Assembly: GCA_937860055.1 (NCBI GenBank)
Contig: CALMBO010000002.1
Coordinates: 4,594-68,593 of the forward strand
DNA from: an uncultured Verrucomicrobiota bacterium
Lineage (GTDB): Bacteria > Verrucomicrobiota > Kiritimatiellia > CAIQIC01 > Lenti-01
Direction of reading: 5' to 3'
DNA length: 64,000 nt
Numbering within the stretch: position 1 is the stretch's first letter; every line of letters starts with the position of its first letter. The notes beneath the pieces were generated by a model that worked only from the letters and a program-made list of their open reading frames with translations, searched no databases and was not told the DNA's origin. The translations under genes were made by a program, and so were the position numbers. Positions 17,659-24,899 of this stretch are shown here, one piece after another.

Positions 17659-18251
17659 ACAAAGCCTTCTTCAAATTCTTAATTCTTAATTCTGCATTCT
17701 TAATTCTTCTTTCTGCCGCCTGCGGCCGGAAAAAGGAAGCCCCTCCCGTCGAGTCCGGCCCGCCCCCCACCATCTCCAGCCTCACCATGAAGAACCTCGC
17801 CTCCGAGTTCCCCGGCGTCATCCGCACCGCCGACGATGCCGGCAAGGTCCAGCTCATCCTCTTCCTGCGCTCCGACGACCCCGCCTGCCGCGGATCCATC
17901 GCCGATTGGAACCGGCTCCAGAAGGATTTCGCCGACCGCGGCTTCGCCCTCGTCGGCGCCGTCGTCGATGACCGCCCCGTCGCCAAGGTCGCCGCCGAAG
18001 TCGCCGGCCTCGGCGCCTCCTTCCCCATTGGTTTGGCCGACTCCCGCATCGTCGACGTCTTCGGCGGCCCCTCTTCCATCCGCGCCATCCCCACCGCCTT
18101 CCTCCTCGGCCGCGACGGCCTCGTCGCCCGCACCTACGCCGGCCACGAACCCTTCCCCGCCCTCCGCGATGACCTCTCCCGCGTCCTCGACGGCCAAACC
18201 CTCCCCCCGCGCGATCCCAAGACCGGCAAGATCACGGGAGCCGCCCCATGA
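17655..18251 (+). CDS. TlpA/redoxin-like thioredoxin-fold lipoprotein (CxxS variant)
   Basis: Lipoprotein signal MNKAFFKFLILNSAFLILLSAACG. The thioredoxin-fold core has PACRGS where WCxxC is expected. ATGA overlaps at both ends. Confidence 0.65.
   Translation: MNKAFFKFLILNSAFLILLSAACGRKKEAPPVESGPPPTISSLTMKNLASEFPGVIRTADDAGKVQLILFLRSDDPACRGSIADWNRLQKDFADRGFALVGAVVDDRPVAKVAAEVAGLGASFPIGLADSRIVDVFGGPSSIRAIPTAFLLGRDGLVARTYAGHEPFPALRDDLSRVLDGQTLPPRDPKTGKITGAAP
17674..17716 (+). repeat. ATTCTTA-family heptad repeat inside the tlpA-like signal-peptide codons
   Basis: AATTCTT AATTCTT AATTCTG CATTCTT AATTCTT CTTTCTG, translated as FKFLILNSAFLILLS. Confidence 0.85.
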
Positions 18252-19912
18252 CCCCCCACAAACGTTTTTCCATGCTGTGGAAAAAGGTGACGGAATTTTT
18301 CCACACTGTGGAAAAAAGTTTTCCATGCTGTGGAAAATTCATCCTCTCATTCTTCGTTCTTCATTCTTCATTCCTGGTTTCTTCCGCCTTCGCCTCCCCT
18401 TTCACGGCCGCGGCCGCCCGTGATTCCTTCGAAGGCCAACCCGCCGTCCGCGTTTCCTTCGATTTCCCCGCCGGCCACCACCTCTACTCCAGCTTTTCCG
18501 TCGCCGATTCCCAAGGCAGCGCCCTCTCGCCGCTTTCCGTCCCGCCGCCCGACACGAGCGATCCCAACGACATCGAACCCACTTATTCCAAACCCTTCGC
18601 CGCCTATTACGCCCCGCCCGCCTCGGACAGCTCCATCGTCGTCGGCTTCCAAGGCTGCGCCGGCTCCCTTTGCTACATGCCGGAAAGCGTCACCCTTTCC
18701 CTCGGCGGCGAACCTGCCGCGGCGCCCGCCGCCGCGGAAACCTCCGCAGGCGCGGCCGCGCTGCGCGGCGAACCCCTCCGGCTCGCCGGCTATGCCGATG
18801 TCCCCGCGTTCCTCGCCTTCCTCGACCCCTCCGCCGCCCCGCCGGCGCCTCCCTCCGCCTGGAAGCTGTTCATCCAGGATCCCGGCGAATTCTATCTCCG
18901 CCACGGCGTCCTCCCCTCCCTCCTCCTGATCCTTGTCGGCGGATTCCTCCTCAACCTCACCCCCTGCGTCCTGCCGATGATCCCGGTCAACCTCGCCATC
19001 ATCGGCGCCAGCGCCGCCGATGTTTCCCGCCGCGCCCGCTTCGGCCTCGGACTCGTCTACGGCCTCGGCATGGCCCTCGTCTATGGCGCCCTCGGCCTCG
19101 TCGTCGTCCTCTCCGGTTCCGTCTTCGGCGCGATCAATTCCTCTCCCGTCTTCAACGGCGCCATCGCCATCCTCTTCTTCCTCCTCGCCCTCGCGATGTT
19201 CGATGTCTGGCAGCTCGACTTCAGCCGCTTCCGCAAGGCCGGCGGCCTTTCCGGACGCGCGCGCCTGCCGGCCATCCTCGTCATGGGCGGAGTCTCCGCC
19301 CTTCTCGCCGGCGCCTGCGTCGCGCCGGTCCTCGTCGCCGTCCTCGCCCTCTCCGGCTCCCTCTACGCCAAAGGCGCGACCCTCGCCCTCGCGCTCCCCT
19401 TCCTCCTCGGCCTCGGCATGGCCCTGCCCTGGCCCCTGGTCGCCGCCGGCCTCGCCATCCTCCCCAAGCCCGGCGCGTGGATGGAAAAAGTGAAGAAGGC
19501 CTTCGGCGTCCTGATCCTGCTCCTCGCCCTCTACTACGGCTGGAACACCGTCTCCGCCCTCCGTTCCCCCGGCGCCGCGGAACCGGCGGATGCCGCCGCC
19601 CCCTCCGTTTTCCGCCGCATCGATCTCGGCGCGGACTCCCCCGATGCCTTCGACGCCCTCCTCCGCGAAGCCGCCGCCTCCGGCAAACCCGTCCTCCTCG
19701 ACTTCGGCGCCCACTGGTGCAAGGTCTGCAAGCTCATGGATGCCACCACGCTCCGCGACCCCGCCGTCGTCGAAAAGTTGAAGGGCTTCTTCCCCATCCA
19801 GGTCCTGGCCGACGAACCCAACCAGCCCCCCGCCCGCGACCTCCTCGCTCCCTTCGCCATCCAGGGCTACCCCACGTTCCTCCTGTATTCACAGGAGAAA
19901 AGCAAAAATTAG
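18248..19912 (+). CDS. dsbD: thiol:disulfide interchange protein DsbD (N-domain + CcdA-type TM core + thioredoxin)
   Basis: QGCAGSLCYMP (N-domain), LNLTPCVLPMIPV and LAGACVAPVL (TM cysteines), and DFGAHWCKVCK (Trx). The start is uncertain. Candidates are ATG 18248, ATG 18272 and GTG 18308, all within or before the repeat elements. Confidence 0.85.
   Translation: MTPHKRFSMLWKKVTEFFHTVEKSFPCCGKFILSFFVLHSSFLVSSAFASPFTAAAARDSFEGQPAVRVSFDFPAGHHLYSSFSVADSQGSALSPLSVPPPDTSDPNDIEPTYSKPFAAYYAPPASDSSIVVGFQGCAGSLCYMPESVTLSLGGEPAAAPAAAETSAGAAALRGEPLRLAGYADVPAFLAFLDPSAAPPAPPSAWKLFIQDPGEFYLRHGVLPSLLLILVGGFLLNLTPCVLPMIPVNLAIIGASAADVSRRARFGLGLVYGLGMALVYGALGLVVVLSGSVFGAINSSPVFNGAIAILFFLLALAMFDVWQLDFSRFRKAGGLSGRARLPAILVMGGVSALLAGACVAPVLVAVLALSGSLYAKGATLALALPFLLGLGMALPWPLVAAGLAILPKPGAWMEKVKKAFGVLILLLALYYGWNTVSALRSPGAAEPADAAAPSVFRRIDLGADSPDAFDALLREAAASGKPVLLDFGAHWCKVCKLMDATTLRDPAVVEKLKGFFPIQVLADEPNQPPARDLLAPFAIQGYPTFLLYSQEKSKN
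18265..18337. repeat. TTTTCCA-N-TGGAAAA palindrome cluster C (3 copies)
   Basis: TTTTTCCATGCTGTGGAAAAA (18265-18285), TTTTTCCACACTGTGGAAAAAA (18296-18317) and TTTTCCATGCTGTGGAAAA (18319-18337). Confidence 0.9.
18337..18385 (+). repeat. ATTCTTC-type heptad repeat inside the dsbD signal-peptide codons
   Basis: ATTCATC CTCTC ATTCTTC GTTCTTC ATTCTTC ATTCCTG GTTTCTTC, translated as FILSFFVLHSSFLVSS. Confidence 0.8.
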
Positions 19913-19983
19913 GAATTCACAATTAAGAATGGGCGGCCGTGCCGTCTTTGAATTTCCAATTCTTCATTCTTAATTCTTCATTG
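19913..19983. repeat. AT-rich inverted repeat (ATTCTTA family) between convergent dsbD and rfaE2
   Basis: AATTAAGAATG (19921-19931) is the exact reverse complement of CATTCTTAATT (19965-19975). The 33-nt loop carries a GC-rich core. Confidence 0.75.
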
Positions 19984-20475
19984 GTTCCCCGCCCCATAGG
20001 CCTTCACGATCTTCTCGATCAGCTTCGTCGTCGACAGGCCCTCCACCATCGGCGCCAGGACCACCTTCCCGCCCCGCGCCTCGACGATCTCCCGCCCGCT
20101 GACGTAGTGCGCCCAATCCGCCGCCTTCACCAGCACATCCGGCTGCAGCTCGCCCACCAGCGCCTTCGGTTCGTCCTCGCCGAACCACGTCACGTAGTCC
20201 ACGCACTCCAGCGCCGCCATCATCCGCGCCCGGTTCTTCTCGTCCACGACCGGCCGCTTCTCCCCCTTGTGGCGCCGCACGCTCGCGTCCGTGTTCAACC
20301 CCACCACCAGCACGTCCCCCTGCCGGCGCGCGAACTCGAGATAGGTCGCGTGCCCGGCGTGCATCAGGTCGAAGCAGCCGTTGGTGAACACGATCTTCTT
20401 CCCCGCCGCCCGCAGCCGCGCGCACTCCCCCGCCAGCGCCCCCCGTTCCCAAATTTTTTTCTCGGCTTCTCTCAT
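19978..20475 (-). CDS. rfaE2: D-glycero-beta-D-manno-heptose 1-phosphate adenylyltransferase (RfaE/HldE domain II)
   Basis: VFTNGCFDLMHAGHATYL (HxGH nucleotidyltransferase motif). 165 aa, starting at MREAEKKIW. Confidence 0.85.
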   Translation of the reverse strand: MREAEKKIWERGALAGECARLRAAGKKIVFTNGCFDLMHAGHATYLEFARRQGDVLVVGLNTDASVRRHKGEKRPVVDEKNRARMMAALECVDYVTWFGEDEPKALVGELQPDVLVKAADWAHYVSGREIVEARGGKVVLAPMVEGLSTTKLIEKIVKAYGAGNQ

Positions 20476-20533
20476 GGCAGCTCCTACCCTCCCCGTCAGA
20501 TACCAAAACCCCGATCCGAATGACATCCCCAAA

Positions 20534-21379
20534 ATGGCCGAACATCCCATCCTGACGCGCCCCTCCGAAGTCCGCGCCCTGCTGACGCAGCTCGACTTCC
20601 ATCCCTCGCGCATCCTCGGCCAGAACTTCCTCATCGACCGCAACATCCTGGACATCCTGCTCGACGCCGCCGACCTCCGGCCCGGCGATGCCGTCGTCGA
20701 GGTCGGCCCCGGCCTCGGCGTCCTGACCGGCGCCCTCCTCTCCCGCGCCGCCTCCGTCACCGCCGTCGAGAAGGACAACCGCCTCGCCCCCTACCTCCGC
20801 GAACGCTTCGCCGGAAACCCCAAACTGAACCTCCTCCACTCCGACATCCTCGACTGCGATTTCCCCGCCCTCTTCCCGCGGCCCGGCCTGAAGCTCGTCG
20901 CCAACCTCCCCTACGCCATCGCCGCCCGCCTCCTCGTCGAACTCACCGCCATCCCCCACCCCCCCGCCCTCATCGTTGTCACCATCCAGCGCGAAGTCGC
21001 CGACCGCCTCGAAGCCGCCCCCTCCACCGACGACTACGGCCTGCTCTCCATCCTCATGCAGCGGCACTACGGAATTTCCACCGTCAAGCGCATCTCCCCC
21101 TCCTGCTTCTGGCCGCCGCCCGAGGTGCAATCCTCCATCTCGAAGCTCGTCCTCCGCCCCGAACCCCTGGGCGGCCCCGCCGACGAACCTGCCCTCCGCG
21201 ACCTGCTCCGCCACGCCTTCTCCCGCCGGCGCAAAACCATGGCCCGCTCCCTCCGCGATCTCGTCCCCGATCCCCTCCCCGCGCTGGAACAGGCCGGCAT
21301 CGCGCCCTCCGCCCGGGCCGAGGAACTCCCCCCCGAAGCCTGGCCCCCCCTCCTCCGCGCCCTCCGCCCTGTGCACTGA
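20534..21379 (+). CDS. rsmA: 16S rRNA (adenine1518/1519-N6)-dimethyltransferase
   Basis: LGQNFLIDRNIL, VEVGPGLGVLT (SAM site), ANLPYAI and PPPEVQS. Confidence 0.9.
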   Translation: MAEHPILTRPSEVRALLTQLDFHPSRILGQNFLIDRNILDILLDAADLRPGDAVVEVGPGLGVLTGALLSRAASVTAVEKDNRLAPYLRERFAGNPKLNLLHSDILDCDFPALFPRPGLKLVANLPYAIAARLLVELTAIPHPPALIVVTIQREVADRLEAAPSTDDYGLLSILMQRHYGISTVKRISPSCFWPPPEVQSSISKLVLRPEPLGGPADEPALRDLLRHAFSRRRKTMARSLRDLVPDPLPALEQAGIAPSARAEELPPEAWPPLLRALRPVH

Positions 21380-21380
21380 T

Positions 21381-21520
21381 CTGCCCCGCTGGACCAAGAC
21401 CCCCATGGCCTTGCGCCTGAATACACGTCCGCCCTGCTGGGCCAAGACCCCCATGGCCTTGCGCCTGAATACACGTCCGCCCTGCTGGGCCAAGACCCCC
21501 ATGGCCTTGCGCCATGGGTG
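21381..21520 (+). repeat. 48-bp tandem repeat, about 2.5-2.8 copies
   Basis: The unit CCAAGACCCCCATGGCCTTGCGCCTGAATACACGTCCGCCCTGCTGGG occurs at 21394-21441 and 21442-21489, with a partial third copy ending in the hairpin CCCATGGC-CTTGC-GCCATGGG. Confidence 0.9.
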
Positions 21521-21566
21521 AATCAGGTCGCGCGGAGCAAACACCGCCGCCCCCCCCATCCGCCCA

Positions 21567-21604
21567 AAGAAAAACCCCGGCGGGGGAAAACCCGCCGGGG
21601 TTTG
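21567..21604 (-). terminator. intrinsic terminator after the RRM-protein gene (possibly bidirectional)
   Basis: CCCCGGCGGG-GGAAAA-CCCGCCGGGG is a 10-bp stem. On the minus strand it is followed by TTTTTCTTT. It lies 18 nt downstream of the stop at 21618. Confidence 0.7.
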
Positions 21605-21617
21605 TTCGAATCCGGAC

Positions 21618-21872
21618 TTAGCGGCGAGGGGGGCGTTCCTGCGCCTCATTCACGCGAACGGGACGATCGACGATGTCGGTGTTGTTCACCTTCGCGATCG
21701 CATCGTTGCCTTGTTCCTGATTGGGCATTTCAACGAAGCCGAAACCGCGGGAGCGGCCGGTTTCCTTGTCTTTGATCACCCGTGCGGAGACCACTTCGCC
21801 ATACGGCTCGAACGCCGCGCGCAGATCATCATCCGTGGCCTTGAACGAGAGATTCCCAACGTATATTTTCAC
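21618..21872 (-). CDS. RRM-type RNA-binding protein
   Basis: RNP2 IYVGNL and RNP1 RGFGFVEM. A GTG at 21872 gives (M)KIYVGNL. The track ATG at 21896 is an alternative. Confidence 0.85.
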   Translation of the reverse strand: MKIYVGNLSFKATDDDLRAAFEPYGEVVSARVIKDKETGRSRGFGFVEMPNQEQGNDAIAKVNNTDIVDRPVRVNEAQERPPRR

Positions 21873-22072
21873 GTATCTATCAACTCCATGTACCATGGAC
21901 CGCTCTTTAACCCGCCCCCCGCAAATCGGCGATCCATGGACATGCGGAAGGTATGACGCGGAAGATATGCGAGCCGCCCGAGCCGCCGCAAGCCTATTTT
22001 CAAACTATTTTCGGCGGTTTCGCGCCTCCGATTCTGCTTTTCCTCCGCCACCCGTTGCGCCATCCTGCGGCC

Positions 22073-22906
22073 ATGACTGAAAATCCCATCCCCTCCCTCC
22101 CCCCCCGCCTCCGCCTCGACAAGCCCCTGGTCGTCTTCGACATCGAGGCCACCGGCCTCAACAAGCGCACCGACCGGATCGTCGCCCTCGCCCTCGTCCG
22201 CTTCGAACCCATCGGCACCTCCGAACAGGTCAGCTATCTCCTCAACCCCGGCATCCCCATCCCCGAGGAAGTCACCCGGATCCACGGCATCACCGATGCC
22301 GATGTCGCCGGCGCCCCCACTTTCGCCGAAATGGCCGAGACCATCGCCGACCACTTCGCCGGCGCGGACCTCGCCGGCTACAACGTCCTCGGCTTCGACA
22401 TCCAGATGCTCATGGAGGAATTCGCGCGCGCGAACCGCCCCTTCTCCCTCGAGGGCCGCCGCGTCCTCGACGCCCAGCGCATCTTCTTCCGCAACGAGCC
22501 CCGCGACCTCACCGCCGCCCTCCGCTACTACTGCGGAGACTCCCACGACAACTCCCACGACGCCCTCGGCGATGTCATCGCCACCATCCGCGTGCTCGAC
22601 GGGCAGTTCCGCAAATACGCCGGACTCCCCGCCGACATGGAGGCCCTCAACGAGTATTGCGACCCCCGCGACCCCGCCTGGGTCGACCGCACCGGCCGCC
22701 TCAAGTGGTCCAAGGGGGAGGTCGTCTTCAACTTCGGCAAGTTCCAGGGCCAATCCCTCCGCGACACCGTCGTCCACGACCCCAACTTCATCACCTGGCT
22801 CCTCCGCTCCGACTTCCCCGACGACACCAAGCAGATCGTCCGCGACGCCGTCGCCGGCAAATTCCCGGCGCCTCCTCCGCCGCCTCCCGCCGTTCCGCCC
22901 GCCTGA
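22073..22906 (+). CDS. DEDDh 3'-5' exonuclease (DnaQ-like) with C-terminal DUF3820/QSregVF_b-like domain
   Basis: VVFDIEATGL (ExoI), GYNVLGFDIQML (ExoII) and HDALGDV (ExoIII). The C-terminus reads FGKFQGQSLRD..DPNFITWLL. Confidence 0.8.
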   Translation: MTENPIPSLPPRLRLDKPLVVFDIEATGLNKRTDRIVALALVRFEPIGTSEQVSYLLNPGIPIPEEVTRIHGITDADVAGAPTFAEMAETIADHFAGADLAGYNVLGFDIQMLMEEFARANRPFSLEGRRVLDAQRIFFRNEPRDLTAALRYYCGDSHDNSHDALGDVIATIRVLDGQFRKYAGLPADMEALNEYCDPRDPAWVDRTGRLKWSKGEVVFNFGKFQGQSLRDTVVHDPNFITWLLRSDFPDDTKQIVRDAVAGKFPAPPPPPPAVPPA

Positions 22907-22914
22907 GGCGCAAA

Positions 22915-22943
22915 GCAAAAAAGCCGCCCCGGAAAGGGCGGCT
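22915..22943 (-). terminator. intrinsic terminator after the NifU-like gene
   Basis: AGCCGCCC-CGGAAA-GGGCGGCT is an 8-bp stem. On the minus strand it is followed by TTTTTTGCTTTG. Confidence 0.65.
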
Positions 22944-22965
22944 GTTCCCGTCGCGGAGGAGGGGA

Positions 22966-23190
22966 TCAGTCCATCACGCGCTCGACCGTCAGCTCGGGGC
23001 CCAGGCGCTCGCGCATCTCCGCCTCGATGCCGTTCTTCAGCGTCATCATCGCGTGCGGGCACGCATGGCACGCCCCGTGGAGGCGCAGGTTCACCGTATT
23101 CCCCTCCATCGACACGAATTCCACGTCTCCGCCGTGCCCCTGGATCAGGGGGCGGATCTCCTCGATGAACTGGACGACCTTCTCTTGCAT
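22966..23190 (-). CDS. NifU C-terminal domain (Nfu-type) Fe-S cluster protein
   Basis: MQEKVVQFIEEIRPLIQGHGGDVEFV..LHGACHACPHAMMTLKNGIE (CxxC motif). 74 aa. Confidence 0.8.
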   Translation of the reverse strand: MQEKVVQFIEEIRPLIQGHGGDVEFVSMEGNTVNLRLHGACHACPHAMMTLKNGIEAEMRERLGPELTVERVMD

Positions 23191-23271
23191 CTTTCGTTCT
23201 CCTTCCGGTTGAAAATGTCGGGGCAACCTACCCCACCCCTCCCGTTTTTTCAAGCGGCGCCGGCGCCGGGA

Positions 23272-23318
23272 GGCAAAAAAAAACAACGGCGAAACCAGTT
23301 TCGGGATTTACCGCCGTT
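23272..23318 (-). terminator. hairpin + long T-tract after the small basic protein gene
   Basis: Minus strand reads AACGGCG..CGCCGTT, then GTTTTTTTTTTG. It lies 44 nt downstream of the stop at 23362. Confidence 0.5.
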
Positions 23319-23361
23319 CATTCACCGGACCGCATTGCACGGCCCGGCACTGCGAAAGAAT

Positions 23362-23454
23362 TTACTTCTTCGCCTTCTTCGCCTTCTTGGCGACCTTCTT
23401 GACCGCCTTCTTCGCGGGCTTCTTCGCGGCCTTCTTAGCCTTCTTCACTGCCAT
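23362..23454 (-). CDS. small Lys/Ala-rich histone H1-like basic protein (30 aa)
   Basis: Own translation: MAVKKAKKAAKKPAKKAVKKVAKKAKKAKK, then a stop. It is too short for the ORF track. A hairpin plus T-tract follows at 23272-23318. Confidence 0.55.
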   Translation of the reverse strand: MAVKKAKKAAKKPAKKAVKKVAKKAKKAKK

Positions 23455-23646
23455 TGTGTATTTCCCCCCCTTCCAACCTGACGCACAAAGGCGGTCAGGG
23501 TATTCTTGAAGTTGTGCATGGAAACATTGTCCTGTGTTTCGTTTTCGCTTAAATCGCTTTTCGAGATTCTTTCCGTCTCAAAACTGCGCCGAAATTCCGA
23601 AGGGCCGCGCATCGTTTTAACCACAATCTTCATCTCGTTGATTAAC

Positions 23647-23676
23647 ACAGTAATGCGAAGTTATTAACAACGTCAA
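23647..23676 (-). promoter_or_regulatory. candidate sigma70-like promoter for the small basic protein gene
   Basis: Minus strand reads TTGACG, an 18-nt spacer, then TACTGT, inside the AT-rich tract. It would give a leader of about 190 nt. Pattern match only. Confidence 0.25.
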
Positions 23677-23695
23677 TAGATTTCCAAAATATTTT

Positions 23696-24343
23696 TCACT
23701 TTTTTTTCTGCGCGGAAATTTCTTCCAGCTCGCGCAGCAGCCGCTCCGCGCACTTCGCTTTCGTCGCGAGCGCGAGGCGACGCGCGCGGCCGTCCGCGAA
23801 GAACAGCGTCAGCGCGTTGCGGTCCGATTCGAAACCGCGGTCCTTCTTCGACACGTCGTTCGCCGCGATCGCGTCGAGGTTCTTCTCGCGCAGCTTGCGC
23901 CGCGCTTCCGGCGCGAGGCGGTCCGTCTCCGCCGCGAAGCCGCAGAACACCTGCGTCTTCCGCTTCAGCGGCGCGATCGCCTTCAGGATGTCCGGCGTCG
24001 CTTCCCACTCGATGCGCGGCGGGCCGCCGCTTTTCTTGAGCTTGCGCTTCGCGGGATGCTTCGGCCGCCAGTCCGCCACCGCCGCCGCCATCACGAGCAC
24101 GTCGCAGCCGCGCACATGCCGCCGGACCGCCGCCAGCATCTCGTCCGCCGTCGTCACGCGCACGACCCCCGCGCCGCGCGGCGGCTCGATCGCCACGGGG
24201 CCCGACACGAGGCACACCTCGTGGCCCGCGCGCGTCGCCGCCGCGGCCACCGCATACCCCATCTTCCCGCTCGACCGGTTGCTGACGAACCGCACGGGAT
24301 CGATGGCTTCCCGCGTCGGCCCCGCTGTCACCAGCACCTTCAC
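23696..24343 (-). CDS. coaB: phosphopantothenate--cysteine ligase (CoaB domain as separate ORF)
   Basis: (V)KVLVTAGPTREAIDPVRFVSNRSSGKMG. The GTG start lies 4 nt after the coaC stop, in a different frame. Confidence 0.85.
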   Translation of the reverse strand: MKVLVTAGPTREAIDPVRFVSNRSSGKMGYAVAAAATRAGHEVCLVSGPVAIEPPRGAGVVRVTTADEMLAAVRRHVRGCDVLVMAAAVADWRPKHPAKRKLKKSGGPPRIEWEATPDILKAIAPLKRKTQVFCGFAAETDRLAPEARRKLREKNLDAIAANDVSKKDRGFESDRNALTLFFADGRARRLALATKAKCAERLLRELEEISAQKKK

Positions 24344-24347
24344 GCCG

Positions 24348-24899
24348 TCAGCCCGCCGCGATCCGGCGCTCGACCGCGCGCACGATCCCCTCGAGGTCGC
24401 CCAGCCGCCCCTCGCCCACGTCGCCGCACGCCAGCTCGCCCTTCCCGGGCGGGATGATCGTCGCGCCGCGCCCCTTCAGCGCCGCCACGTTCTCCTGGAC
24501 CGCCGGATTCCTCCACATCCGCGTGTTCATCGCCGGCGCCACCAGCAGCGGGGCCTCCAGCGAAAGCGCCGCGCAGCTCAGCACGTCGTCGGCGAAGCCG
24601 TTCGCCAGCCGCGCCAGCGTCTGCGCCGAGCACGGAGCCACGACCATCGCCGCCGCGCCTTCCGACAGCCCGAGGTGCGTGTAGGTCTCCTGCTCCATCT
24701 CCGCGAAGCTCCCGTGCGCCACCGGATGCCCCGTCAGCGCGCGGAACGTCAGCGGGCCGATGTACTGCGTCGCGCAGGCGCTCATCACGACCCACACGTC
24801 CCACCCCTTCTTCTGCATCAGCCGCGCCAGTTCCGCCGCCTTGTAGGCCGCGATGGAACCCGTCACCCCCAGCAGCACTTTCGGCGGCGCCTTAGGCAT
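24348..24899 (-). CDS. coaC: phosphopantothenoylcysteine decarboxylase (CoaC flavoprotein domain as separate ORF)
   Basis: LLGVTGSIAAYKAAEL, PAMNTRMW and ACGDVGEGRL. Confidence 0.85.
   Translation of the reverse strand: MPKAPPKVLLGVTGSIAAYKAAELARLMQKKGWDVWVVMSACATQYIGPLTFRALTGHPVAHGSFAEMEQETYTHLGLSEGAAAMVVAPCSAQTLARLANGFADDVLSCAALSLEAPLLVAPAMNTRMWRNPAVQENVAALKGRGATIIPPGKGELACGDVGEGRLGDLEGIVRAVERRIAAG

Noticed and set aside
18248-18310. Choosing a single definitive dsbD start codon
   Set aside because: ATG 18248 has the operon-typical ATGA overlap, but it would translate three palindromic repeats. GTG 18308 gives a clean signal peptide, but it lies inside a repeat. The sequence alone cannot decide, so I reported the range with the start flagged as uncertain.
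21381-21520. Small ORFs translated from the 48-bp tandem repeat (track ORFs 20976.., 21067.., 21084..)
   Set aside because: Their sequences are periodic translations of the repeat on both strands (..AKTPMALRLNTRPPCW.. repeated). This is an artefact of the tandem duplication.
23445-23648. 67-aa ORF (MLINEMKIVVKTMRG...) in the AT-rich tract
   Set aside because: Its composition and codon usage are unlike every supported gene here. It overlaps the start of the Lys-rich micro-gene and has no recognisable family features. I treat it as part of a non-coding leader or small RNA, but I cannot exclude a small foreign gene.
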